From Bigelowiella natans CCMP2755 (Eukaryota > Protista > Cercozoa), in NCBI GenBank assembly GCA_000320545.1, contig ADNK01002407.1, forward strand, positions 11,950-75,949: a DNA stretch of 64,000 nucleotides. Reading direction: 5' to 3'. Below, piece after piece: positions 1 through 11,739 of this stretch. Below the pieces are notes generated by a model. That model saw only the letters and a program-made list of their open reading frames with translations. It ran no database searches and was not told the DNA's origin. The translations under genes and the position numbers were made by a program. How positions within the stretch are numbered: position 1 is the first letter of the stretch; each line of letters opens with the position of its first letter.

Positions 1-1
1 G

Positions 2-2382
2 TTCAGTAGTCAGAACTACAGGGCATACACACATGATGGGATGGCGTCTGTGTTGTGGGTGTTTGTGTTTGTGTATGTGGATGATGACATAATATGTACC
101 AACACAGTCGTCGCTCAGATCTTCCTCCTGGAAAATATATTTATTAGGTTTGCACACTTCGGTTTTACTATTAGACTGCAGAAGTGTACATTCCTAGCTA
201 CAAGAATCAAGTGGTGTGGATATTACCTGGAGCAAGGCCGCATCACCCCAAACCCCGAGAAAGTAGCAGCACTACAGCAAGCCCCTAAACCTAAGAATGC
301 AAAGGAGTTAAAGCATTCTTGCAGACTGCAGCTTGGATACTACGTAGGTTCTCCCCTACCTACGCTAGGACTGCAGCTGCTTTTACTACTGCTTACCGGA
401 AGGAGAACTCTGTAGGCCTCAGCTTCGCTAAGGTGTGGGCCAAGGCTGGCCTTGATGCCCACTTCGATAACCTAATAAAGTTATGCAGCAACACCCTATT
501 GAATGCTAAGCTAGACACTACTAGACCAGCTACCCTATGGACAGACTGGTCTAAGCTAGGTATGGCTGCTGTACTTACCCAAGACCAGCAGATCATACGG
601 GTGTGGGGCAGGGCCTGCACAGCAGCTGAGGCCAAGTACAGCCCTACAAAAGGAGAGTATAAAGCCATGACTGAGGCGCAGAGGAAACTAAGATACTACC
701 TGCTGTCGGTGCCCAGCTTCACCTTAATGACTGACCACAAGCCCCTCCTAGGCATCGACCGCAAGCTCGAAGCGCCTAACGATGAGTATGCAGCTATGAG
801 GGCGGACACGGAAGAGTTTAGGGACAAGAGGACAGTGGTCTACGCACCAGGAGACAAGCAGCTTGCTGACTATTTCAGCAGGCTGTTCGAAAAGAAAGTC
901 CCTACCCAGGTCACCCCTATGGTTAACGCGATTACCTTCGAGGACGGCGACTTCCTGCCTGAGCCAGAGGAGCTCCAGCACCTTCAAGAACACCTGGATA
1001 AATACAAACACAAGCATGAGGTACTTAGTGATAGGATATATGTATACACTAATAATGTTAGGCGTACCTACGTGCCACGGCGGACCAGGGGAGCCCTTCT
1101 CTTTACCGCCCATGGACCTGCACACGTAGGAGAAAACCATATCACTGCTCTACTCTACCATTACTACTGGCCCTACAAGCTAAAAGAGATAAGGACATAC
1201 CTGCGTGGCTGCAGGTGCTCCAGCTTGAAGGCGGCAGGCGTCGCCACCAAGGAGTCCAGCAAGAGCCGTGCATCTAAGAAAATCAAAGCAAGGAACTTCT
1301 TAGATATCGTGCAAATTGATGTTTATAAGTACGATGGCTATCACTACCTTACCTTCGTTGATGTGGCCACTGGAAAGTGCTGGGTTAAAAAGATTATCAA
1401 GGTCAACGTTGCTAAGAAGAACAAAGGCTTATATAAGCAGAGGCTTACTAACTGCTACCGTACCTGGGAGTCTGAGCTCCAGGCTATCCCTGATGAAGTT
1501 AGCATAAACAAGATACCAAAGAAGTTACATGTGGATAATGAGACCTCTCTTCTACAGCTACCACACCCTAATATTGATGCCTCACCTGTATACTATGCCC
1601 AGTCCAACTCCAAGGTAGAGCGACTCCACCGCACCTTGGCCAACCTAAGCAGGATAAATAGCACCACACCAGACAAGATACAAGGGTTAGTAAACGACAC
1701 CTTCACGTCTGGGGGAGGTATCAAGGATAAGGAGAGGGAAGAAGGCGACGACAACGACGACGATACCGAGAGCGAAGACGAGAAGGTCCCGTACGATGGC
1801 CGAGTTCTAAAGGAAGGACAGTATGTTAGGGCCAAGGTAAATCTGAGATCGAGAAATAAACAAGACCCCTTCTGGGGTGGCGTTGCAAAGGTTACCGAGA
1901 GGAAGGGGAGGAAGCAGTACTACATCTATGATGGGAACAGGGTCACCTTGCGCCACATCAGTCACCTAAAGAATTATGATATCGGTGAGAAGCTCCTAGA
2001 GGATGTTAAAGTAAACCCTACTGTGTGGGAGCGAGCAATGCCTTGTTTAGGACCCCGACCTAAGTTCGATGTGGAATATGGAAACAATAAGGTCAGGGTG
2101 AACGACGATTGGCGCATGAAGATTGTCTATCTAGGCTACCCTGGATTACGAAATATGGAGAGGGTAGCTATGAAAATAAAGGACGGAAAATATCAGCTAC
2201 TCTACCTAGCTGTTCCCGACTTACCCTTTGAGCACTGGTATAAGGTCCTGGGGGACCTTGATGCAGAGGGCTGGTATGGACACGAACCTAAGGACGAAGG
2301 TGAGTTCTGGGTAAGCGACAAAGGAGATAAGGTTAGAGAGGAATCTATTACCTGGTGGTTGGTGAAGTTCCGAAAGCGATGA
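2..2382 (+). CDS. pol: Gypsy pol (partial RT, RNase H, H2C2 zinc finger, rve integrase, C-terminal extension); 1-nt frameshift near 310
   Basis: ORF 41..415 (RT) joins ORF 319..2382 if one A is restored in TTAAAGCA (KELK-AFLQTAAW). Integrase motifs: AHGPAHVG..YYWP..CRC, QIDV, FVDVATG, HVDNETS, SNSKVERLHRTL. Confidence 0.88.
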
Positions 2383-2424
2383 AGGTCTAAGGGAATAAGG
2401 AAGGAAGGAAGGAGCAACGTGACT

Positions 2425-2433
2425 TGGGGGAGG
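2425..2433 (+). promoter_or_regulatory. Polypurine tract (plus-strand primer) of the LTR element
   Basis: TGGGGGAGG directly abuts the TG that starts the LTR, preceded by a longer AG-rich run (2389-2414). Confidence 0.8.
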
Positions 2434-3231
2434 TGTAGCGCGTACCACTACGCGGGCACAAGTCACGTGCGACAACAAAGGGGTTGTCGCGGATATAGAA
2501 TATAGATAACGTAGATATTAATACAGCATAGGCACGTGGGTTCCGGCGGGACTCATGGCAGCACACCGGAAGTGTGCTGCCCCACGTGCGGCGGCATTCG
2601 CGAAAGCTTCGCGAATGATTACGCAGTGCACGATTTAATAAAAATATAATCTTTAATAAAAATAAACACAACTCTTCAAAAGGAAGCAAACGTGCCTTTC
2701 CCCCCCCCTGCCTACTTGTGCACGTAGCGCCTCGGCCTGTGAACACCTTACGCGCAACACCCATGCACCACAACTTTGCTGGCTTTGGCCTCTAGGCCTG
2801 ACAAGATTCTCCAGCTTGCCAGTGCCGAGCTCGCCTGGATGTGCTGGCGTGCTAGCGTGGGCTTGTCCTAGTCTAGCTAGTAGTGAGTGGGGCATGCCAG
2901 CATGCTGCGACTGTTTGCTGGTCACTTTTGGAGTGCTGTGTCTGTCAGCCAGCACAGCGGAGCTTTGAACACGCGGCGAATGATGCAACAGGTCCATGGT
3001 TCTCCAATCAGAGTGCAGGTGCGACGGTGATGGCATTTGATCAAGGATGCGCTGACCCTAGTTGCAGAAGCGCAACTAGCAAGGAGAAAGCGCCGCGACA
3101 TTAGTCACAGTGCAGAGTGGCAACAACAATGAGAATGAAATGAATTCATCTCCGATCCCATGCTTGTGCGGCAATGTGCACGCTTTGCTACTCGCAACAT
3201 CAATCTGTCGCAACCGTCGTCATGCGCTACA
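2434..3231 (+). repeat. 3' LTR (~798 bp)
   Basis: TGTAGCGC...GCGCTACA 8-bp terminal inverted repeat with TG..CA ends; AATAAA-type signals at about 2637-2665. The 5' LTR is not in the window, so the right end is inferred. Confidence 0.75.
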
Positions 3232-3378
3232 GCATAGCCGCGTAGCAGTCACACTGTATGCGGGCATCTAGTCCAATATAACTTCGTGATGAGGTGAGAA
3301 AAACTAATGAATGATAATAAAGCTATGACATGGCGCATACTAGGCCGCAAAGCGATTCCTCGCGCACCGGACGCCCGC

Positions 3379-3763
3379 CTACACTTCAGGGGCCTCCTGC
3401 AGCTCAGTTCCCTGCTGATTTGCGGCACCATCCTCATCGCCAGGGAGGAGAACCTCCCCTCCCTGCGCGCGGTCTTGTGAAGGCCTCGGCGACGACAAGT
3501 AGAATTTGTAGAGAGCTCCTCCTGCGCCGCCGAGCGCTGCTATGCCAGCAAGCGCGCCAAACACGATTCCGATGGTTTGACCTGCAGTGAGGCCGCCACC
3601 GCTGCCGCCGCCACCTGATTTTGCGTATTTGGGGAGGGGGGTCGGTTTTAGGAAGGTTCGTTATCAGCATCGCTACCTTCGCCATCACCCGTGTATACAA
3701 ACTGGCGTGCATAAACCATACAGCGTAGTGTATAGTAGTGTCAGCAATATAATGTTATTTTTA

Positions 3764-3803
<40 letters not shown>

Positions 3804-3905
3804 TTATATATGCTTATCTATGTTTATATCATATGCATAAAGAAAACAAAACACATACATATATGCGTGAGTGCGTTTGTCTGTGTGTGTGTGTGTGTTT
3901 GTGTG

Positions 3906-3941
<36 letters not shown>

Positions 3942-6274
3942 CCGCAGGCAGATAGAAATGAAGGATTCGTGCGATTTGCTGCATTGCTAACCCCCTCCAC
4001 TGCCTCCAGTGTCCCCGCCATCATCCGCGCGCCCACTTGGTTCAGCAGGAGCTCCGTTGAAGTCCTTCAAACGGAGAAACAGAGGAAGGCGCTCAGCACA
4101 ACAAATCAGCAAATGCTGCGGGAAATACCCACTCGCACTAAAAAAAAAACACGCATCCGACCGCATCAGGAGGAGACTATGGCGTTTGTTCTTCGCCGGA
4201 TTGTGCTACGAATGACGGCTTTTGGTTGTCCTCGACGGTTTTGACACCGTCAAAGCGGCTGAGCATCGCATCGTGATATGTTTCATGTCGACCGTGCACG
4301 CACGTACCTGGAGGGAGATTTTTCCTACAAACGCCGGGATGCGCCTTCGCGACATCTTGCAGAACCATGCAAAACAAAGCTGTGGTGCTGTCTAGAGCGG
4401 TTACTGTCCTTCCCAACGTGTTTACATTGTCTGATTCATGGGGAGGAGGAGGGGAGAAGGAGAGGATTAATGGCGAAAATATGCGTGCGGTTTAACCAAT
4501 AACTCGTATGCAGTTGTTGCAAAGGAATGGGGAGGGGGGGGGGGGGGGGGGGGGATCCCCATTAAAATTGGATTGGAAGTTTCCCCCCCCTTTCCGTCAA
4601 TGGGAAGGAGGGGGGAAAAGGGAGGGGAAACCCTTTTGGGGGGGGGATTTCCCCCCCCCCTCCCTTTTTCACCCCCCCCCGCGTCCCATTCGTTTCTTTC
4701 AAATTGTAAGTAGCGCTCTTCTACCGTCACGTTGCTCAAGGAGGGCGAGGGGGGTACAATGCTACTTCCATCATCGTTGGTTGAGATCAGGCGGCAAAGC
4801 ATATCCTTGTTCTTGGACATTCGCATGCAGTACACAGCGGTGTAGGCGGAGAGCCTCTTCAAGCTCCGCTCGTTAGTGTTCCCGGCGACGAAGGTGACGG
4901 GGGGGGAGACCAGCAGCTTGGTGTTCGTCTTGCTGCTACGGGTAGTGTCCACTCGGATGATTTGGCAGCTGGATTGAACGGAAACAACGCATTTGCATTA
5001 GCAAACAGCATGCTATTTGTGACCGTCGCGCAGTGAAACTGCAACCGGGAGAACAAGGGGGATGGCAGCTCGGCCAGAGGAAAGCAGGGGGGGGGAAGAA
5101 CCAAAAGAAAAAGAAAACTAGGAAAGAGGAAAACATCGTTGGGACGAGATATATTCGGCCTCTTTCGGTGTCGCGAATTCCGCCAACGACTGGATGCATT
5201 CTCTCACACATACACACACGTGCTCACACACACACACACACACACCGCGCTCTCAAACCACACACTTCTCTTCGAGAAACGCAGTAGTCGAACGAAACGA
5301 GCTGCTTCCCTCCTCACTCACTAATACTATTTTCCAGTTGAAAACTAGTAACGAAAATAAAAATGACAAATGCGCAGATGCCTCGCAAACCATCGACGCG
5401 CAGGGGTAGAAAGGGGAGGGGAAAAGGGGGGGGAAGGGGTGGGAGGAGTTACTTTGCTTCTCTGTCATTATGGTCATAGCACACGAGAGTAGTGAATTGC
5501 TCGAGAGATATGAGATCCACATCCCATTTAGTCCGCACTCCGGTGACCTGGACCACCTGCGAATACGTTACACCATTAGCTTGTGGAACGGATGGAAGCC
5601 ATTTAAAAAATTACAAAAATTGGTGATGATGATGATGAGATGATGGTGATGATGATGGTGATGAGGGATGATGATGATGATGACGACGGCCAATAGGCAC
5701 TTGGAGTATAATTATATTTCTTAGTCGGATTAGTTCAAGATCTGGTTTTCTCCCCCCCCCAACCCCCCCCCCCCCTTTTTGGGGCCCCCCCCCCCCCGAA
5801 ACCCCTCCTGAGATAGGTCGTACCGAGTCAAAATCCGCCACCATTTTATTTGATGTTTCGTCGTAGAAGAGTACCATTGCGCCCATCTTATTCCTTTGAT
5901 AAAACACAGAGATGAAGCGCGAGGTTGCATCAATGCAAACACCAATTCGAAATGCTGTATAGCGTTTTGCCAATACACATTTATGTATGCGCTCTCTGTT
6001 TGCGTGCGCGCACGTGTGTGTATGTGGGGGGGGGGGGGTTAGGGGGGGGATGATATTGTAGATCATATGACGCATGTTTGAGAAGTGAATCTAGTGCTGC
6101 CTACGCATGTTTTCATTTCATCAATAAATTAAATTATTATTTAGTACATTCGCTGCTCGTTCCATAGGAGCATCACGCGCCCATCGTCCAGCTCCACCAA
6201 CAGCCGGTCAAACGCGTCCTTCACCACGCTTCCAAGTAGCATTTCCGTGCCTTTCACCCCCTTAAGATAATACA

Positions 6275-6309
<35 letters not shown>

Positions 6310-7469
6310 ATACCTGCTATTCACACTATACTAAAAAAAAATTGGGTTTTCTACTAAAACGTATTCGATAACAACGCTCCTGTAACATCTTCGCGGCACG
6401 TACATTAGGCGTGACTTGGAGCGAGAAGCAACGGAATTGACGCTGCCCGATCGCGTCCACGCACATGACAGACATATCATGCTTGGCGGATAACGTCGCG
6501 GTCGGCATTCCTAATCACAAGGAATACCAAACATAGGGAATAAGCGAGTGAAAACATTTTCTGGTTCAAATGGCCTTCGAAGAGAGCATATCACAATAGG
6601 TGGGGGGGCATGAGCGTCTGCAATAAATTCAATCCCCAGGAGCATACGAAGCTTGCGTGTCTTCATATCGTAACAGTTACTGCTGCGCGCAGAGGGTGGG
6701 TGTGTGTTCGATTATTACTGTATTGGTAGGTCGGATAAGCTGTTGAATTGTGGAAGATGTCGCTGTCTCCAACACGTTCTAAACCGTCCGCGCTGTATCA
6801 CAACGAATTTGGGGAATGGAGAAGTAAGGGGGGGAGAAGGGGGGTGGGAGAGTTCGCTCGTTTAGTGCAGTAGCTGCGATAAAAAGACGGTAAAATCATG
6901 CCAATCTTTGCGAACAATCTTCCTTAAAAAGAAGGTAGTATTATGCGGATCTTTATGAACAACAATCTTTAGTTTGCGGCTCCCGGTCACCATCTTCGTT
7001 CGGAAATACCTTAACTCCAACGCAGAGCAGCGGATCAAACCCTTATGGAGCGAGCAGCAAATCGCATACTTGTAGTTGACGAGGTGGCAAGAGGACTGCT
7101 GACCCTCCCCGAAACACACTCGGTCGCCAACGGTAGCTGGGACGTCACCGGAGCTATCTACAATGATCGCGTGGAAGGAATCCGCTGCACGGTAGCTGTA
7201 CAGTACGCGTTTCGTGTCTTCGCCTCCGGGCCTACATCATCACAACATGCTTAGAATAGCCTCCCAGTAGGGAAGTCATCGTGGGGAGAGCCATACCCTT
7301 TCAAAGGAAGGACGAATGTCTGCTCGAAGAGATTGGCGTCTCGGCCAAAGACAAGGTCCACATTTCGCGCCACAACACCAGTGGAGTTTGCAATGCTCTG
7401 CTTAGCAAAGGAGCCTGCTGCTTGACACAACAGGAGCAGGACTGCCACGACGGGGCGAATGGTGGTCAT
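3379..7469 (-). CDS. Multi-exon gene, predicted type I membrane/secreted protein of unknown function
   Basis: N-terminal signal peptide MTTIRPVVAVLLLLCQAAG at 7469. An in-frame GT-AG join gives LPLKG|PGGEDTKRVL...CFGEGQQSSCHL. The last exon has a TM segment (GIVFGALAGIAALGGAGGALYKFY) and a stop at 3379. Internal exons are not fully resolved. Confidence 0.55.
3769..3939. repeat. Compound intronic microsatellite (TA)n ... (TG)n, representative of dozens in host-gene introns across the window
   Basis: Direct read. Similar (TA)n, (CA)n, (GA)n and poly-G/C tracts occur in most introns of the TTLL, BBS8 and 54-63 kb genes. Confidence 0.95.
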
Positions 7470-8410
7470 TCGAATGGGAGGGAATCGCTTGTTGTGGATG
7501 GAGTTCGAGTCGGAGCTTGGTCTCGCAGTATTTGCGACATCGCAATTTCGTTGTCTCTACCTCATAATCACCGTCCGTTTTGCCAATATGCCGCTCTTCG
7601 TTGAAAGGAAACTGCCGGTCGTGCCGGGATTAATTGAAGTGGTGACGTTTCTCATGCGTTTCGCGTTGATTTCGAAGAAGATTTGCTTGATTTTGGATGT
7701 TTGGCAAAGCGTTCGCATATTTACCCCGAAATCGGATCCGCACCTCCTCCAAACCCTTCTTCATTTTTCTTGGTGGAACGTCGAAGAACACGAATCTCGA
7801 ACCTGGAATCTTAGTGTTTGCCTTCAAACCTGCTCTGCTCGTGTTGCTGGTCTTCACTTGAGCCGCAATGCAAGGGGAAAGTGACTTACGTCTCACTCTG
7901 GAAATGCACGTCAGGAAAAAAAAGAACAAAGTGATCAGCACTTTTTGCGCACTCAGTGATCGCAGAAACAGTGCTGAGTGGAACAGATGTCTTCGAGGAA
8001 GCACGCATAGATGTGGTAACGACCTTCCTCACTCAAAGCTTTTGATTGATGAGCAAAAGGATGGCCGTGTTCGCTGGAGATGTGACACACTTGCAAACTT
8101 TGCACAAGGAATTGGAACGAGCATTGGACGAAAAAGGAAACATGAAAATTGAAACAAGTTCCATGGTTGTCGAGTGGAGTGTTGGTGGCACGCTGAGAAC
8201 AATTGTTTTGCAGCTTTCGCTAGTTCGTCTGAGCGTAGCACGCAGGTGCAAACAAAGGCAACGACTGCACGCAACGCTCCAGAATGACTGTGAACACATC
8301 GCATGCAAGCACAGCAACACTAGATCCAAACAAGTGTGGACACGTTGCCATCGCTAGATCATCTAGTCGTGTTGTGGATGCACTTTCTATGTGTGCTAAT
8401 CAATCTAGCA

Positions 8411-8548
8411 ATAATAGACATAGTAATAGCATATATGTTACATATATGACATTACGTGTCTACAACTCGGGGCCCAAAAAAGGGCTTATACTTATAATAG
8501 ACATAGTAATAGCATATATATTATATATATGATATTACGTGTCTATAA
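8411..8548 (+). repeat. 55-bp direct duplication (8411-8465 / 8494-8548)
   Basis: The two copies differ at 4 positions only, all TA in copy 2 versus TG/CA in copy 1. Confidence 0.95.
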
Positions 8549-9091
8549 TAGCAATGCTGGAATGTGCAGTGCTTATGTGCTGGAGCATGACAGTGTGGGC
8601 ACGTCGCCTTGGCATGGTTGGTGAATTGAAGGCCGCAGCACGGACAAGCTAGCCAGCAAGAATTGAGCGTTCCATGAGCTGCAAGCTAGCAAGCATCGGA
8701 CATCACTAGATCATTTTTGTGACATTTGAGAGCCGCAACACTCCCAATGGCTAGCAGCTAGCAGTCAGGCTAGCTTGCAGCGCTCGCACAGTTGCAATCG
8801 CGCGCAGGCCTATAGGCCGCGAAACATGCAGGCTGCACGCACACACACCTAGACACACGTGAACAACAACTGCATGACATCGCAGCTTAGCTTTGCGAAT
8901 TCGGGTTCACGTTCTCACGCACAGCATTGAAAACTCTAAAATGCGAAACAAATGCTCTAGCTTTCGCAAAATCTGACGCATGAACACAATCATGACTTCA
9001 TATCACTGGGCAATGTGTGCAATGACGGTCAGACGTGAGGATGTTGAAATGAACCCAAACGAGGTGCTTGCATGCAATGAAAGAACACGTG

Positions 9092-9210
9092 TCATCTTTT
9101 TGCGACTATTTTCAAATTCAATGAGCAACCCATGCAACTAAATATCTCACATCCCTCCAAAATATCCTCCTTTGTGGCCTTTGTATGTGCACATCATTTC
9201 ATTTTTTTTG

Positions 9211-9255
<45 letters not shown>

Positions 9256-10225
9256 TCGGAGAAAAGGAGGGGATAGAGAACAGAACAACAACGAGGGATG
9301 AATGGACGGGAGATTACAACTACATGCATATTGTTTTTGGTCTTTATTTCTGTAGGTCTGTCTCAAATTACCTCAAATAATTGGCCACATCTGCAAGGAT
9401 ATGTGTAAATGATTAACTTTGGTCTAGGATTTGCCCCCTCTTCACTCGAATTTCGTGACGCATCCCCTCGATCTTCGTCGTCATCTTCTTCCTCCTCTTC
9501 TTCTTCTTCACAGGTCATTTCTGAAAGGGAAACTTCATATGCGATGCTTAATGACACTTCTTCTTGCCTCTCCAATTCTCTGCGGTAGATAAACATATGA
9601 TAAAAAGATTGTCAGTTCTATAGTAGTTTGGACGTGCACGTCTCTTACTTATCGTATTCCTCTCGGCGCTTTTCGTCGCCCAGTATGCTCCAAGCGGCTT
9701 GTACCCGTTGAAATTCAGCAGAGGCTTTCTCTTTTGTCTGTTCATGGTTCGGGGTTGTGATACTTGTGTGTGCCTGTGAATGGGTCTTTGTGTACGAGGA
9801 AGGTGGGGGGGGAAGGAGATGCTTACATGCATATCCAAGCATGTTTATGTGCACATCACGTACGTCTTTGTCCTTAGTGGTGTGCTTATCAGGATGGGAC
9901 CGACGAGCTGCCAGTTTGTATGCTGTAGAAAGAGCAGAATTCAGGACAGTCATAGAGAGTCATGCATGGAATACGTATAGTGTGTAGTCAGAAAAATTAC
10001 CTCTCCGAATGTCGTTGTAACTAGCACCTGACTCAACTCCAAGCACTTCGTAGTGGCAACGAGAGCTACTTGACTAACAACATTCAAAACCACGCGCATT
10101 AAACTCGGCATTAAGTTATGGAAAACTATCATTTAGATTTCGGCGCTGTGTAAATCTTGAATAGGCTTAATTGAAAGAAGTGCTCTCACCGCCGACGAGG
10201 TCGCTTCATCGGCATGGGTAGCCAT
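9092..10225 (-). CDS. DPH4: Diphthamide biosynthesis protein 4 (DNAJC24): J-domain + CSL zinc finger, multi-exon
   Basis: Exons read CHYEVLGVESGASYNDIRR / AYKLAARRSHPDK / EFQRVQAAWSILGDEKRREEYD / YTYPCRCGQLFE / EIFSCMGCSLNLKIVAKR*, with GT-AG boundaries. ATG 10225, TGA 9092. Confidence 0.88.
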
Positions 10226-10557
10226 TCTTCCTGTAAATCAGGACTTCGTTTTTTGCGAAAATTGCCTTTAATTTTTACATGCGGCAAAAAGAGAATAGGG
10301 TAAATTCTATAATTTCGATGATTAGTGTTAGCGCTGGGAAATATGTCGTAGAAATATTCGCCTAACTTTTTTTGTTCAAACGCGAAATTCTAGAGAAAAT
10401 ATCATCGATAAAACTACCATTATGTGAACACTATATTCGATATTACAAGACAACAACTACAACAATAAACCTGGAGCGGCCCGCAGGCGAAGACGAGGGG
10501 GGGACCGCACCCTATTGAATCAGTAAAGCCGCCCCCCCAGATAAAAAAACGATAATA

Positions 10558-10932
10558 ATGCCTGTGCTAGTCTGCACGTCGTCCTGGTGGCAAATAAATC
10601 ACGCTGTGAAACCACGCGAGGAGGAAAACAGAAGCAACAGATCCAAATCAACAGCATCTGGAACCCTTCGTCCTGAAACGAAGAACCGAAAGGTATTTGA
10701 GTTCGTGATTAGTGCTGATATTGCCTGCGTATGGATGTATACCGCGCCGCGAAGTGGGGTGATAATGGCGCCTATATACCCCAGACGCGGACGCTAGACC
10801 CTCAAGATGCCCTTGGAGAGAAAGTTTACGACAATCTTAGAGGCTTCTACACCAGGGCCTGCAAGTGCGTAGCATATAGTATATTGGGATCTCAACCTCG
10901 TTGTTGATCAAGAGGCGTATTACGTTTTCTCA

Positions 10933-10978
<46 letters not shown>

Positions 10979-11035
10979 CCTCTCTCGCTCTTTCTCTTCC
11001 GTGCACTCGATCAAGCAAATACATCAATTTTGGTT

Positions 11036-11068
<33 letters not shown>

Positions 11069-11700
11069 GTATGTGTGTGTGTGTGTGTGTGTGTGCGTGC
11101 ATGCGCGCGCGCGCCGGTGGTTTGCAATAATTTGGTTGCAGGCTATCCCGTTGTGCACCTCTTTACACCATTGTGTTGTTCCCCTCCAGGAAATGGTTCC
11201 GAGAGGGACGCCACGTGGACGAGCCCAACCGTGTTAGTTACTACTGCAAAGCGCATGACAAAATGATCAAGGTTACTCAATGATCTTCCCTAAAAGAAGG
11301 AAGAGGAAGAAAAAGAAGCACAAATACCTGTATCGTTCGCCTTGGCGTTCGACTACTCGCATCGCTACATCGATGACTCTCGCGTTTTGTCGCGCAGAAT
11401 CAGTGCAGTAGCGTGTGTTCAGGAAGAGCTTAACGGAGGGGGCTTGGGGGTGAAAGATACGAGCATCGGCCAATGATATATACTGAGTTATGATTTAAAA
11501 TTCTGATGTGATGCACTGCTCCTTCTTCTTCTTCTTCTTCTTCTTCTTCTCCTTCTTCTTCTTCTTGTTGCTCATGTTTTCCCCAGTTGGCATTGCTGTA
11601 TCTTCGATTAAGCTCAATGAAGTACCGGTGTGAGGTGTCTGGCGCTCATCGAACACCGGTTCAATGTGCTAGAATACATATATATATATATATATATATG

Positions 11701-11739
<39 letters not shown>

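Larger units (their letters stand above)
1..3231 (+). mobile_element. Ty3/Gypsy LTR retrotransposon, 3' portion (RT-RNase H-integrase, PPT, 3' LTR); 5' part lies upstream of the window
   Basis: Domain order RT (FVYVDD, LQKC, WCGY) > RNase H (TDWS, AEAKYS, TDHKPL, ADYFSR) > integrase is Gypsy-type. A purine tract is followed by TGTAGCGC at 2434, with its exact inverted complement GCGCTACA ending at 3231. Confidence 0.92.
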
